A DNA stretch of 32,000 bases, from assembly GCF_000009705.1 (NCBI RefSeq), contig NC_003272.1, positions 5,280,001-5,312,000 of the forward strand, read 5' to 3'. Source of the DNA: Nostoc sp. PCC 7120 = FACHB-418 (GTDB taxonomy: Bacteria; Cyanobacteriota; Cyanobacteriia; Cyanobacteriales; Nostocaceae). Made by a program: the position numbers and the translations under genes. How positions within the stretch are numbered: position 1 is the first letter of the stretch; each line of letters begins with the position of its first letter. The notes beneath the pieces are model-generated. The model was not told where the DNA came from. It searched no databases and saw only the letters and a list, made by a program, of their open reading frames with translations. Positions 6,955-15,852 of this stretch are shown here, piece by piece.

Positions 6955-9417
6955 ATGACTCAAACTATAGAACGCCAGGCTGGTGGCTTATATATTCAAA
7001 CTCCTGAACAACAGCAAATTGCTTTCCCCCTGAAGCATACTGAAGTACAAGCCAAAATTGCGGGGAATATCTCACGGGTGGAAGTTACCCAAAGCTTTGA
7101 AAATCCCTTCACAACTACGTTAGAAGCTGTCTATATTTTCCCGTTACCGGATGAGGCGGCTGTTGATGATATGCTGATTCGGATTGGGGACAAGACTATT
7201 AAAGGTAGTGTTAAAAAACGCCAAGAAGCACAGCAAATCTACGAGCAAGCCAAGCAGCAAGGGCGCACCGCCGGACTGTTAGAACAAGAACGAGACAATA
7301 TTTTTACTCAATCCCTCGCCAACATTCAACCGGGTGAGCAAATTGATGTGATTATTCGCTACTCTGAAAGTTTGAAATTTACTGCGGGTAATTATGAGTT
7401 TGTTTTCCCGATGGTGGTTGCTCCGCGTTACATTCCAGGGATACCAATTGAGGGAAATGCAAGCGGTGTAGGTTCGGCGACTGCACCGATGACGCAAAAC
7501 CAAGATACAGATATAGTTCCTGATGGTTCACGGTTGAATGCACCTATCTTACCATCGGGTATGCGATCGCCCCACGATATTAATGTCACCATAGAAATCG
7601 ATGCGGGGGTTAAGGTGCAAAATATCCAGTCTCCTTCTCACCAAGTTCAGATAAGTTATGCAGAAAAGCAGGTGTTGGTGAAGTTGGCGGGTGGGGATAC
7701 TATTCCGAATAAAGACTTGATTTTACGTTATCAAGTAGCCGGCGAATCTACCCAAGCTACCGTACTCAGCCAAGCTGATGAAAGGGGTGGACATTTTGCA
7801 CTATATCTAATTCCTGCGATTCAATATCGTCAGGATCAAGTGGTTCCTAAAGATGTAGTGTTTCTCATCGATACTTCTGGTTCGCAGATGGGTGCGCCAC
7901 TAATGCAATGTCAGGAGTTGATGCGCCGCTTTATTAATGGACTTAATCCTGATGACACTTTTAGTATTGTTGATTTTTCAGATACGACTCGGCAACTATC
8001 GCCTGTTCCCCTCGCCAATAATGCCCAAAATCGCACAAGAGCCATCAATTATATTAATCAATTGAGTGCTAATGGCGGCACGGAAATGTTACGCGGGATT
8101 CGTGCTGTGTTGAATTTTCCCGTCACAGATCCTGGACGGTTGCGGAGTATTGTATTGTTGACGGATGGTTATATCGGCAATGAAAACCAAATCCTTGCTG
8201 AAGTGCAACAACATCTCAAGTCTGGAAACCGCCTTTATAGCTTTGGCGCGGGTAGTTCGGTGAATCGGTTTTTACTCAACCGCATTGCAGAATTAGGACG
8301 GGGGATAGCGCAGATAATTCGCCACGATGAACCAACGGATGAGATAGTCGATAAATTCTACCGTCAAATTAATAATCCTGTTTTGGCTAACATTAATTTG
8401 CAATGGGAAGGCGATGGCGATTCCCCAATTATTTATCCTTGCAACCCACCAGATTTGTTTGCGGAACAGCCGTTAGTTTTATTTGGTAAAAAGCCTGATG
8501 CGCGTGGGGGAAAACTGCACATTACGGGAATTGTTGCGGGTGGTACACATTATCAGCATACTTTTGACTTGAACTTTGAGGAAACTGGAAACCCCGCCAT
8601 CGCTCAACTTTGGGGACGTTACCGCATCAAGGAATTGATGAATCTTATGGTGAGTGGTGAAACTAAGTTAGGAGTGGAAGCGGTGACGGATACGGCTTTG
8701 ACTTATCAGATGTTGTCGCAGTATACAGCTTTTGTGGCGGTAAGTGATGATGTGCGAGTTGATTCGCTTCAAGAGACGGTTTCAGTGCAAGTACCTGTAG
8801 AAATGGCTGAAGGTATCAGCTATCTAGGTATTTTCGGGAGTGCTGTTAGTGCTGCTGCTCCCATCATGGCAAATATGGTATCTCCTGCGCCTGTTGTCCA
8901 ACGTAAACGAAGCCTACTATCTCCAGGCGCACCGGAAGCGGAGAGTTTTCTGTTTGAACCACCTCCAGTAATAGCACCAGGTGAAGAACTGGAAAGTCTA
9001 TCATTATACGATTTTTCCGGCGGCATTCTTGAGGAAGCACCACCACCAAAAATGTCGCGTTATGAAGAACAGTATCGTGCTTTCGATGAAAGTATTGAGG
9101 ATGAAGAACCTTTTTTAGCGGAAATTTCGCCTGTTGAGCTTCTAGAGGTTGTGAGTGTGACAGGATTGGATCAGCAGATGATTGCTCTTCTGACTCAGTA
9201 TTTAGAATCTCTCCCATTACATACAGCTTACAGTGGCGATTTAGTGTTTGAGTTGCAGATAAGTAAGGGACGAGTGAGACAGGTGTTGTTAGATGAGCAA
9301 GCTTCTACTTTCAAGGAACAGGAAGTAATTGATATTATCAGGCGATCGCTCATCTCCTGGCAACCCCCTCAAATACTCACAGCTACAGTTTTGCTAACGA
9401 TTCGAGTGCAAGCATAA
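6955..9417 (+). CDS. VIT domain plus von Willebrand factor A domain protein with a long C-terminal extension
   Basis: 820 aa. The N-terminal VIT-like region reads LKHTEVQAKIAGNISRVEVTQSFENPF...AVYIFPLP. The vWA MIDAS motif is VVFLIDTSGSQMG, followed by ...LLTDGYIGNE. A good SD (GAGGTAA) lies upstream. Confidence 0.9.
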   Translation: MTQTIERQAGGLYIQTPEQQQIAFPLKHTEVQAKIAGNISRVEVTQSFENPFTTTLEAVYIFPLPDEAAVDDMLIRIGDKTIKGSVKKRQEAQQIYEQAKQQGRTAGLLEQERDNIFTQSLANIQPGEQIDVIIRYSESLKFTAGNYEFVFPMVVAPRYIPGIPIEGNASGVGSATAPMTQNQDTDIVPDGSRLNAPILPSGMRSPHDINVTIEIDAGVKVQNIQSPSHQVQISYAEKQVLVKLAGGDTIPNKDLILRYQVAGESTQATVLSQADERGGHFALYLIPAIQYRQDQVVPKDVVFLIDTSGSQMGAPLMQCQELMRRFINGLNPDDTFSIVDFSDTTRQLSPVPLANNAQNRTRAINYINQLSANGGTEMLRGIRAVLNFPVTDPGRLRSIVLLTDGYIGNENQILAEVQQHLKSGNRLYSFGAGSSVNRFLLNRIAELGRGIAQIIRHDEPTDEIVDKFYRQINNPVLANINLQWEGDGDSPIIYPCNPPDLFAEQPLVLFGKKPDARGGKLHITGIVAGGTHYQHTFDLNFEETGNPAIAQLWGRYRIKELMNLMVSGETKLGVEAVTDTALTYQMLSQYTAFVAVSDDVRVDSLQETVSVQVPVEMAEGISYLGIFGSAVSAAAPIMANMVSPAPVVQRKRSLLSPGAPEAESFLFEPPPVIAPGEELESLSLYDFSGGILEEAPPPKMSRYEEQYRAFDESIEDEEPFLAEISPVELLEVVSVTGLDQQMIALLTQYLESLPLHTAYSGDLVFELQISKGRVRQVLLDEQASTFKEQEVIDIIRRSLISWQPPQILTATVLLTIRVQA

Positions 9418-9423
9418 AATAAT

Positions 9424-9446
9424 ACCGGGTTTATCCCGGTTTTTTC
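9424..9446. terminator. Likely bidirectional terminator hairpin between the convergent vWA and dynamin-J genes
   Basis: accggg (9424-9429) pairs with cccggt (9435-9440) around a 5-nt loop. A T-run follows on the plus strand and an A/T-rich U-tract on the minus strand. Confidence 0.6.
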
Positions 9447-9453
9447 TTCCTCT

Positions 9454-9469
9454 AAACCCCTACACCCCT
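9454..9469. repeat. Two units of the same octamer family (AAACCCCT ACACCCCT)
   Basis: Identical to the last two units at 2116-2131. The TAG stop of the dynamin-J ORF (cta, 9468-9470) overlaps the end of the repeat. Confidence 0.7.
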
Positions 9470-11696
9470 ATTTTTGATCAGACAATACTGTATAAGCTTC
9501 ATTAAACAAACGCATTTTTTCTTGCGCTTGTTTTTGCATCTGCGGTTGATTTACAAATAAATCTGGATGCCATTTTTTGACTAAAGTTTTATAAGTCTGT
9601 TTAATATCAGCAAAAGCTGCATCTTGTGGTAGTCCTAAAACCTTATAAGCATGAGCAATTTTATCTTTTTCTGTTTGGCTTTGGGGTGGTTTAGGTGCTT
9701 GCGTATTTTGATTTGGTTGCTGCTTACCATTCTGATAACCAGGAGAACGCATCTCTGCTTTCATCCGTGCTATTTCCTCATCCATTTCCCATTTGTGAAA
9801 CTTCGCTTCTAATTCGGCTGGATTAGGTGAGGGAGTAGTTTTTGGTGGTGGTGAATAAACTTGCTGCTTTGGCGGTTCAACTTTTTTCTCAGTAGTTTTG
9901 GCTGTATTTTCCTGTCGTGGTGGGTTAGGTGTAGCTGTAGATGGGCGAGTATATATGCGTTCTTGTTTTTGCCCAGATTTTTGTTGAGTTTGAGTAACTT
10001 GTGGCGTTTCTACATAAGGTTGATAGTTAGAAGAAATTTTAACTTTTGCTAACTCACCCAGTAGTTGATTAAAACCCTGTTGTAATAGTTGTAACTCTGC
10101 ACGTTTTTTAGTAATTTCTTGTGGTTCTTGAGTAACTTTAAAGCAAATTACTTTTTCAGCTTGACGTTCGTATTCAGCTAAGATTGATAAGCCTTGATGG
10201 CTAAGATGAGAAAAATACTCTTCCGTTGCAGCTATACAAAGTTTGGCAACTTGTTGATGATAGGATTCCTTCGCCAATTGGTCATCTTGCTGTTGTACAT
10301 TTTTGTTGAGTAAATAGGAAACACTACCAACCACAGCCGCACCAACAGGCCCACCTAATAGCCAACCGATACCACCACCGACAGCAATTGAACCTGGTTC
10401 GCTCCAAGTATCACTATGATCAGACTTAGGAGGTAGGGTAATAATTGGTTCACTAGGTAAAGGAATTAATAAATCTTCTGGTCGTTCTGCGTGGAAAAAT
10501 TCATAAGCTTGATAGAGCCACTTCACGACAGATATTTGTAACTCATTCAAGTCTTTTTTCAGATTGTTTATTTGCCAAGATTTGAAATTATTTTCTGCCA
10601 AAGCAACAGCAGCATTGGCTTGGTATTTGGCAAGTAAATTAGGTAGAGATAGCCAATCGTTTAATTCAGAAATACTAGCAGCAAAGCCTCTGCTAATTAA
10701 ATCTTGAGCCTTTTGTTTGATAGAAATTTTAGCATTGTATTTCTCATCAAAAGCATTAAACTCATTAGCAATAGGGTCAATTTTATGCTTTAATGATAAT
10801 TGAATTTGGGATGCGATCGCCTCCACTCTTGGCAACCTTACACTACCCCGATTTTGTTGTAAGATACCCACAACATTTTGCAAAGCTGTTTCAAACGCCG
10901 CTAAACCGCTACTACTAGCCGCCGCCACATCACCTTTTAACCTGGCGCGTAAAGCAGGTAAAGCATCAACCCGATACAAATTACTGAATCCTGCTGGTAA
11001 CTCAGCCCGGAAACTTTCTGCAACAAACCTGAGCCGACTTTGTACCTGTTGTTGTTCCTCCGGCTCCAGTAAATTAATAAAATTAGCAACAAAAATAACT
11101 GTTTTAATACCCCTATCCAATAACCAATCACGCAAATTTTCCCGTTCACCCAAAGTCATCAACTTGCGCGCATCCAGTAATTGCACCACCAAATCTGCAC
11201 TCAATAATTGCTCCTTAACTAAATTATCTTGCTCCTCCCGATCATTAGTTCCTGGTAAATCAACAAACTCAACACCAGTTTCTAAAAACGGATGGGGACA
11301 AAAAACCTCTACAGATGCCACATCTCGGCGCATCTGTCTATTACCATCAAGAATAGCAAACTGCTGTAAAACATCGGTACCACTGCGATAGACTTCTGTA
11401 CCGTCTACCAACATGATACGCGATCGCACACTAGAACCATACTTAACCGTAATAGCCGCCCCTGTAGTGGGAATCAAATCAATTGGTAAAGCACGACTAC
11501 CCAAAACCGCATTTAACAAAGTAGACTTACCATGATTAAAAGGGCCAAAAACCGCAATCCGAAAATTAGGATTCTCTAAATAACCACATATAGACACCAA
11601 ATCCTGATGTAACCGAGAAGTCCGTTCCAACCCCAACAAACCAGACGCAGACTTCAACACCTCAATCAAACTCCCATAACCTGCATACTGCTCCAT
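9468..11696 (-). CDS. Dynamin-like GTPase with a glycine-rich membrane paddle, a Pro/Gln-rich linker and a C-terminal DnaJ (J) domain
   Basis: 742 aa. G1 is FGPFNHGKSTLLNA and G2/G3 is VDLPGTND. The paddle reads GSIAVGGGIGWLLGGPVGAAVVGSV. The C-terminal J domain is YKVLGLPQDAAFADIKQTYKTLVKKWHPDLF...FNEAYTVLSD, with HPD encoded at 9561-9569. Confidence 0.85.
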   Translation of the reverse strand: MEQYAGYGSLIEVLKSASGLLGLERTSRLHQDLVSICGYLENPNFRIAVFGPFNHGKSTLLNAVLGSRALPIDLIPTTGAAITVKYGSSVRSRIMLVDGTEVYRSGTDVLQQFAILDGNRQMRRDVASVEVFCPHPFLETGVEFVDLPGTNDREEQDNLVKEQLLSADLVVQLLDARKLMTLGERENLRDWLLDRGIKTVIFVANFINLLEPEEQQQVQSRLRFVAESFRAELPAGFSNLYRVDALPALRARLKGDVAAASSSGLAAFETALQNVVGILQQNRGSVRLPRVEAIASQIQLSLKHKIDPIANEFNAFDEKYNAKISIKQKAQDLISRGFAASISELNDWLSLPNLLAKYQANAAVALAENNFKSWQINNLKKDLNELQISVVKWLYQAYEFFHAERPEDLLIPLPSEPIITLPPKSDHSDTWSEPGSIAVGGGIGWLLGGPVGAAVVGSVSYLLNKNVQQQDDQLAKESYHQQVAKLCIAATEEYFSHLSHQGLSILAEYERQAEKVICFKVTQEPQEITKKRAELQLLQQGFNQLLGELAKVKISSNYQPYVETPQVTQTQQKSGQKQERIYTRPSTATPNPPRQENTAKTTEKKVEPPKQQVYSPPPKTTPSPNPAELEAKFHKWEMDEEIARMKAEMRSPGYQNGKQQPNQNTQAPKPPQSQTEKDKIAHAYKVLGLPQDAAFADIKQTYKTLVKKWHPDLFVNQPQMQKQAQEKMRLFNEAYTVLSDQK

Positions 11697-11810
11697 ACAA
11701 CCCCTCTCCTCAATAAAAACAAAGAGAGAAGAAAAAACTCCCCTCTCCTCTTACATCTCTGCGCCCCTCTGCGCCAACCTCAGCGCCCCTCCGCGTTAAA
11801 AAAACCTCAT

Positions 11811-13892
11811 TTAGCCATAATAAGCCAACAAATTACTATAAGCAGCCTCAATATTTTGCAACTGAGCAATCACATCCTCCTGCAAACTCTTAAACCTTTT
11901 CAACTCACCTTCCCGATTAATTTCCCGTGTTTCCTTCTGCTTCAGTAAATTATCTAACTCCGACTTCCGAGCAGTAATATCGTCATTAATCCGTTTACTC
12001 ACTTCCCTTTCATAAGCATCAAAACATTCCTTCACCGCATCATATACAGTTTGCGATTGTTCATGTGCTACCTGTGGGAGATATTTAACTAACTCCTTCT
12101 TCGCAGTTTTCACCAACTCCTTCCGCGCTTGGTCTGCTTGTAAAAAGCCTACACCCAAACCAAGTAAAGCAAATCCGATAGGGCCGAGAAATACCCCTGT
12201 AACGGCCGTAATGATTCCCCCAATCCCAACCACAGTAAAGTAATTTAACAAAATATTTTTCCAATCAAAGCCAGCACCAGCTAACGCCACACCCGCCAAA
12301 TTTCCGCGAGACAAAGATAACAATCCCATCGCCCATTTTGCCCAACTAGGAGATTTATCATCTTCTGTGGTGGTTGTAGGATTAACCGTAACTTTTTGTC
12401 CCGTAAGTTTTTCGGTTATTTGGTCTGTAACTTGGCTGTAAGATGCACCATATTGGAATGCACTGCGGGAAAGTTCTTTAAAAGCCACATTGATATCTTT
12501 TTCGGCTGTCAAAGTCCAAGCCGCAAATTTATCAGTAATGTATTGCTCAAAGGCTTTTTGTAGTGCAGTATTAAACGCTTCCCGCTTACCATTACTCAGA
12601 AAATCTAACAGATTTAACTCTGGTTGATAGCGTAAAAAATCAGTTTCAAAAGTATTACCCAAATTTAAAACATAGCTGCGGAAAGATTCTGAGACTTTGC
12701 GCGCTTGGGTATCCCTAGTAGTGAAAATTTCCTTTTGAAATTGGTCACGAATATGATTGAGTTTGGTAAACTCCGGTTCAACAGAATCAATCCGTTTCTT
12801 TAATTCATCCACATCTTGGTCTAGTAATGGTAAGCGTCTCCCAATTGCTTCGCGGGTATGGTTGACAGCTTGTCTTGCTAATGTTCTGGCTTGTCGTAGT
12901 TCTGCGATCGCCCGTTCTCTGGTAAGAAATGTATTTAGAGAACCCATAAACTCAGGAAAGCCGGTTCCAGTTAAATCCGCTTGGGAATCCTTCAACCGTC
13001 GCCGCAGTGCTTGAATTGATGACAGTTCAAACACCCTCTCATCATAAATATTTTGACCATCTACATAACAATATTCTGTCAAGTTCGCCTTAAATACTTG
13101 TCGTAGTCTATCTTCTGACGCTTTTAACTCATCTACATCATCAGGATCAATCAATGATTCCTTCACCTGATCCCAAGCATTAATTAAAAAGAAAACAGAT
13201 AACCCCCGACCTTTAATGTAGTTTTCTAAATAACGACGCTCCCCTAAAGTACAAGGTTGGGAAGCTCGCATAACAAATAAAATTGCATGACAGTTATTGA
13301 CATATCCCAAAGATAATTCGTTTCGTGCTTCCGTGTCATTTAACCCAGGACTATCAACAATTTCAATCCCCTTTTCTAGTAAAGTCAGAGGATATTCTAC
13401 AACTGCATAATCAACGTCAGGAAAAGCTTGTTTTTTCTCTTGTTCTAACTTCTTTGCTTCCGCCGGATCAATAGTGTATTTATATTTAAAGCTTTGAAAA
13501 TCTAAGGTTTGTGGGCTTTTGCCATCATTAAAGTGAATTGTAACTTTTTTTTCTGCCCCGTAGCGTAACACTGTTAATACTGCTGTGCAAGGATTAACAT
13601 CACTAGGTAATAAATTTTCTCCAATCAAAGCATTAAGAAATGTACTCTTACCCCGCTTCATATCGCCTAAAACCAATAAGCGAAATACTCCTTTTTTCAG
13701 GTTCTTACTTGCTACAGAAATATCTTCTAAATCTCTTTCTAAACTTAACTTACCTGATGATGTGTCCCCAGCTAATTCTGCTTGATTAATTGTGTCAGAT
13801 AATTTTTGTAAACAGACCGCAATCTTAGAACGCACTTGAGCAACACGTTCTAAATCCTGAATAAATTTATCAGTTGCTACTTGATTAACCAC
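11811..13892 (-). CDS. Bacterial dynamin-like protein (BDLP), an apparent ortholog of the Nostoc punctiforme BDLP
   Basis: 693 aa with a GTG start. G1 is LVLGDMKRGKSTFLNALIG, followed by DSPGLND. The hydrophobic paddle reads ILLNYFTVVGIGGIITAVTGVFLGPIGFALLGLGVGF. From memory, the length and N-terminus (MVNQVATD.FIQDLERVAQ) match the crystallised N. punctiforme BDLP. Confidence 0.95.
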   Translation of the reverse strand: MVNQVATDKFIQDLERVAQVRSKIAVCLQKLSDTINQAELAGDTSSGKLSLERDLEDISVASKNLKKGVFRLLVLGDMKRGKSTFLNALIGENLLPSDVNPCTAVLTVLRYGAEKKVTIHFNDGKSPQTLDFQSFKYKYTIDPAEAKKLEQEKKQAFPDVDYAVVEYPLTLLEKGIEIVDSPGLNDTEARNELSLGYVNNCHAILFVMRASQPCTLGERRYLENYIKGRGLSVFFLINAWDQVKESLIDPDDVDELKASEDRLRQVFKANLTEYCYVDGQNIYDERVFELSSIQALRRRLKDSQADLTGTGFPEFMGSLNTFLTRERAIAELRQARTLARQAVNHTREAIGRRLPLLDQDVDELKKRIDSVEPEFTKLNHIRDQFQKEIFTTRDTQARKVSESFRSYVLNLGNTFETDFLRYQPELNLLDFLSNGKREAFNTALQKAFEQYITDKFAAWTLTAEKDINVAFKELSRSAFQYGASYSQVTDQITEKLTGQKVTVNPTTTTEDDKSPSWAKWAMGLLSLSRGNLAGVALAGAGFDWKNILLNYFTVVGIGGIITAVTGVFLGPIGFALLGLGVGFLQADQARKELVKTAKKELVKYLPQVAHEQSQTVYDAVKECFDAYEREVSKRINDDITARKSELDNLLKQKETREINREGELKRFKSLQEDVIAQLQNIEAAYSNLLAYYG

Positions 13893-13915
13893 AATAATTA
13901 CACCTTAGTTAAGAA

Positions 13916-14230
13916 TTATTTTTTTCGAGATACAAAAAATAGCTGGTAAGATACCCACCCCAGAGTTGCAATAATAATCAACCCGGCTAAAGCCGAAGCA
14001 ATTCTGACTGCAACTAACGCCGCTACACCCAAAGCAAACAACTTTGCACCCAGAATTGCTTTTTTGATCCAGGGTTTTTGTTCTGGTTGGTGCTTGACTG
14101 TTTTATGAAAAGTAACATCGTTGGGAGAAATTTGTTGTTCTATTTCCCGCAACCGCAATTCTACTTCCTTCTCTCGTAGTATCCGTTCCCGTTGCTCAAG
14201 TTCCTGATGGCGATCGTTTGGAAATGTCAT
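13916..14230 (-). CDS. Small membrane protein (charged coiled-coil N-terminus, two predicted TM helices), first gene of the BDLP operon
   Basis: 104 aa. The sequence reads ELEQRERILREKEVELRLREIEQQ, then AILGAKLFALGVAALVAVRIASALAGLIIIATLGWVSYQLFF. Its stop lies 23 nt from the BDLP start on the same strand. Confidence 0.6.
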   Translation of the reverse strand: MTFPNDRHQELEQRERILREKEVELRLREIEQQISPNDVTFHKTVKHQPEQKPWIKKAILGAKLFALGVAALVAVRIASALAGLIIIATLGWVSYQLFFVSRKK

Positions 14231-14620
14231 TGATGTCCACCCCGGCTAGGACGTTAATGATGATATTCACACTTATAAAACAATGTATATTAACTTACTT
14301 AACTTTTTGTTAGCCACAGTGAAACTACTATTGTAACTTGATAAACTCTCCAGTTGATTTGTTAAAAATAGATCCCACGAGCTAGACTGACTTTTCGGAA
14401 ATTATTGGAGCAATTAAATAACGGACAAGTCATTCATAAAATACTACGACTATCAATTGTGATTACGTGTTGCCGAGATTTGTATTAAATTGAAATAAAA
14501 TCTGCTGGCGATGACATATGGTTGGTCGGAGAGAATCACTGGACAACTTAGATTAACTGTATATCCTGCCACCGCTATAAGTCACAATTTTTATATGCAC
14601 TCCACTCAAGTCAAGACACA

Positions 14621-15595
14621 ATGGATATCAAAAATGGCTTTATAGGAACTGTTGGCAACACACCACTAATTCGTTTAAACAGTTTTAGTGAAGAAACAGG
14701 ATGTGAAATTCTCGCTAAAGCAGAATTTCTCAATCCTGGTGGTTCAGTCAAAGACCGCGCCGCACTTTACATCATCCAAGATGCAGAAGAAAAAGGACTC
14801 CTCAAAGCAGGCGGAACTGTTGTAGAAGGAACTGCTGGTAATACTGGCATTGGATTAGCGCATATTTGCAATGCCAAAGGCTACAAATGCCTGATAATTA
14901 TTCCTAACACCCAATCACAGGAAAAGATTGATGCACTCACAGCTTTGGGTGCAGAAGTCCGTCCCGTTCCTGCTGTACCTTACAAAGACCCAAACAATTA
15001 CGTCAAACTATCTGGGAGAATTGCTGCGGAGTTAGACAACGCAATTTGGGCAAATCAGTTTGATAATTTAGCTAACCGCCGCGCTCATTACGAGACTACC
15101 GGCCCAGAAATCTGGACACAAACCGATGGTAAAGTTGATGCTTGGGTAGCTTCCACTGGTACTGGTGGCACATTTGCCGGTGTAGCCATGTATCTGAAAA
15201 ACCAAAATCCCGCCATTAAATGCGTAGTAGCTGACCCACTAGGTAGCGGACTATATAGTTACATCAAAACTGGTGACATCAAGATAGAAGGAAATTCTAT
15301 CACCGAAGGTATTGGTAACAGCCGCGTCACAGCTAATATGGAAGGCGCACCAACTGATGATGCCATCCAAATAGATGACCATGAAGCTTTGCGGGTAGTT
15401 TACCAACTGTTGCGGAAAGATGGTTTATTCATGGGTGGTTCGACAGGTATTAATGTTGCCGGTGCTGTAGCTTTGGCGAAGCAATTGGGGCCTGGTCACA
15501 GGATTGTCACCATATTATGTGATAGTGGTTCCCGCTACCAATCGCGTATATTCAACCGTGATTGGCTTGCATCCAAAGGACTAACGGTAGATTAG
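14621..15595 (+). CDS. cysK: Cysteine synthase A / O-acetylserine sulfhydrylase (PLP-dependent, fold type II)
   Basis: 324 aa. The PLP-lysine motif is NPGGSVKDR, with further blocks GNTGIGLA and TGTGGT. The cysK/cysM/CBS-like subfamily cannot be assigned without a search. Confidence 0.8.
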   Translation: MDIKNGFIGTVGNTPLIRLNSFSEETGCEILAKAEFLNPGGSVKDRAALYIIQDAEEKGLLKAGGTVVEGTAGNTGIGLAHICNAKGYKCLIIIPNTQSQEKIDALTALGAEVRPVPAVPYKDPNNYVKLSGRIAAELDNAIWANQFDNLANRRAHYETTGPEIWTQTDGKVDAWVASTGTGGTFAGVAMYLKNQNPAIKCVVADPLGSGLYSYIKTGDIKIEGNSITEGIGNSRVTANMEGAPTDDAIQIDDHEALRVVYQLLRKDGLFMGGSTGINVAGAVALAKQLGPGHRIVTILCDSGSRYQSRIFNRDWLASKGLTVD

Positions 15596-15852
15596 TTATG
15601 AGTCATTAGTTAGGTTTCTGGGCGTTGCTGATTAAGGGATAAATTTTGTTGTGTGCATACCGCCACGGCGGAACTTGCAGAGTAGATACAGAAATCAATC
15701 TTTCACTTTGCTTAAATCTCTCAATTCATCCCGCATTCAAGCAACGCCAGTTTTTACCATAGATTTGGGATTTTAGGTTTACATCTGTTTCCCTGTTTTA
15801 GAGAATTGGTACATACAGGTCTGCACTATTTTTGACTGAAGCGAGGCATCCG

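Noticed and set aside
2122-9417. The STAND NTPase plus vWA protein as a vWA-MoxR-type ternary conflict system
   Set aside because: No MoxR AAA+ ATPase is present. The two genes are separated by the TA and R-M modules and lie on opposite strands, so the linkage looks coincidental.
14284-14299. NtcA-like palindrome TGTA-N8-TAC(T), 54 nt upstream of the BDLP-operon start codon
   Set aside because: GTA-N8-TAC occurs frequently by chance in AT-rich intergenic DNA. I could not identify a convincing -10 box at the required spacing.
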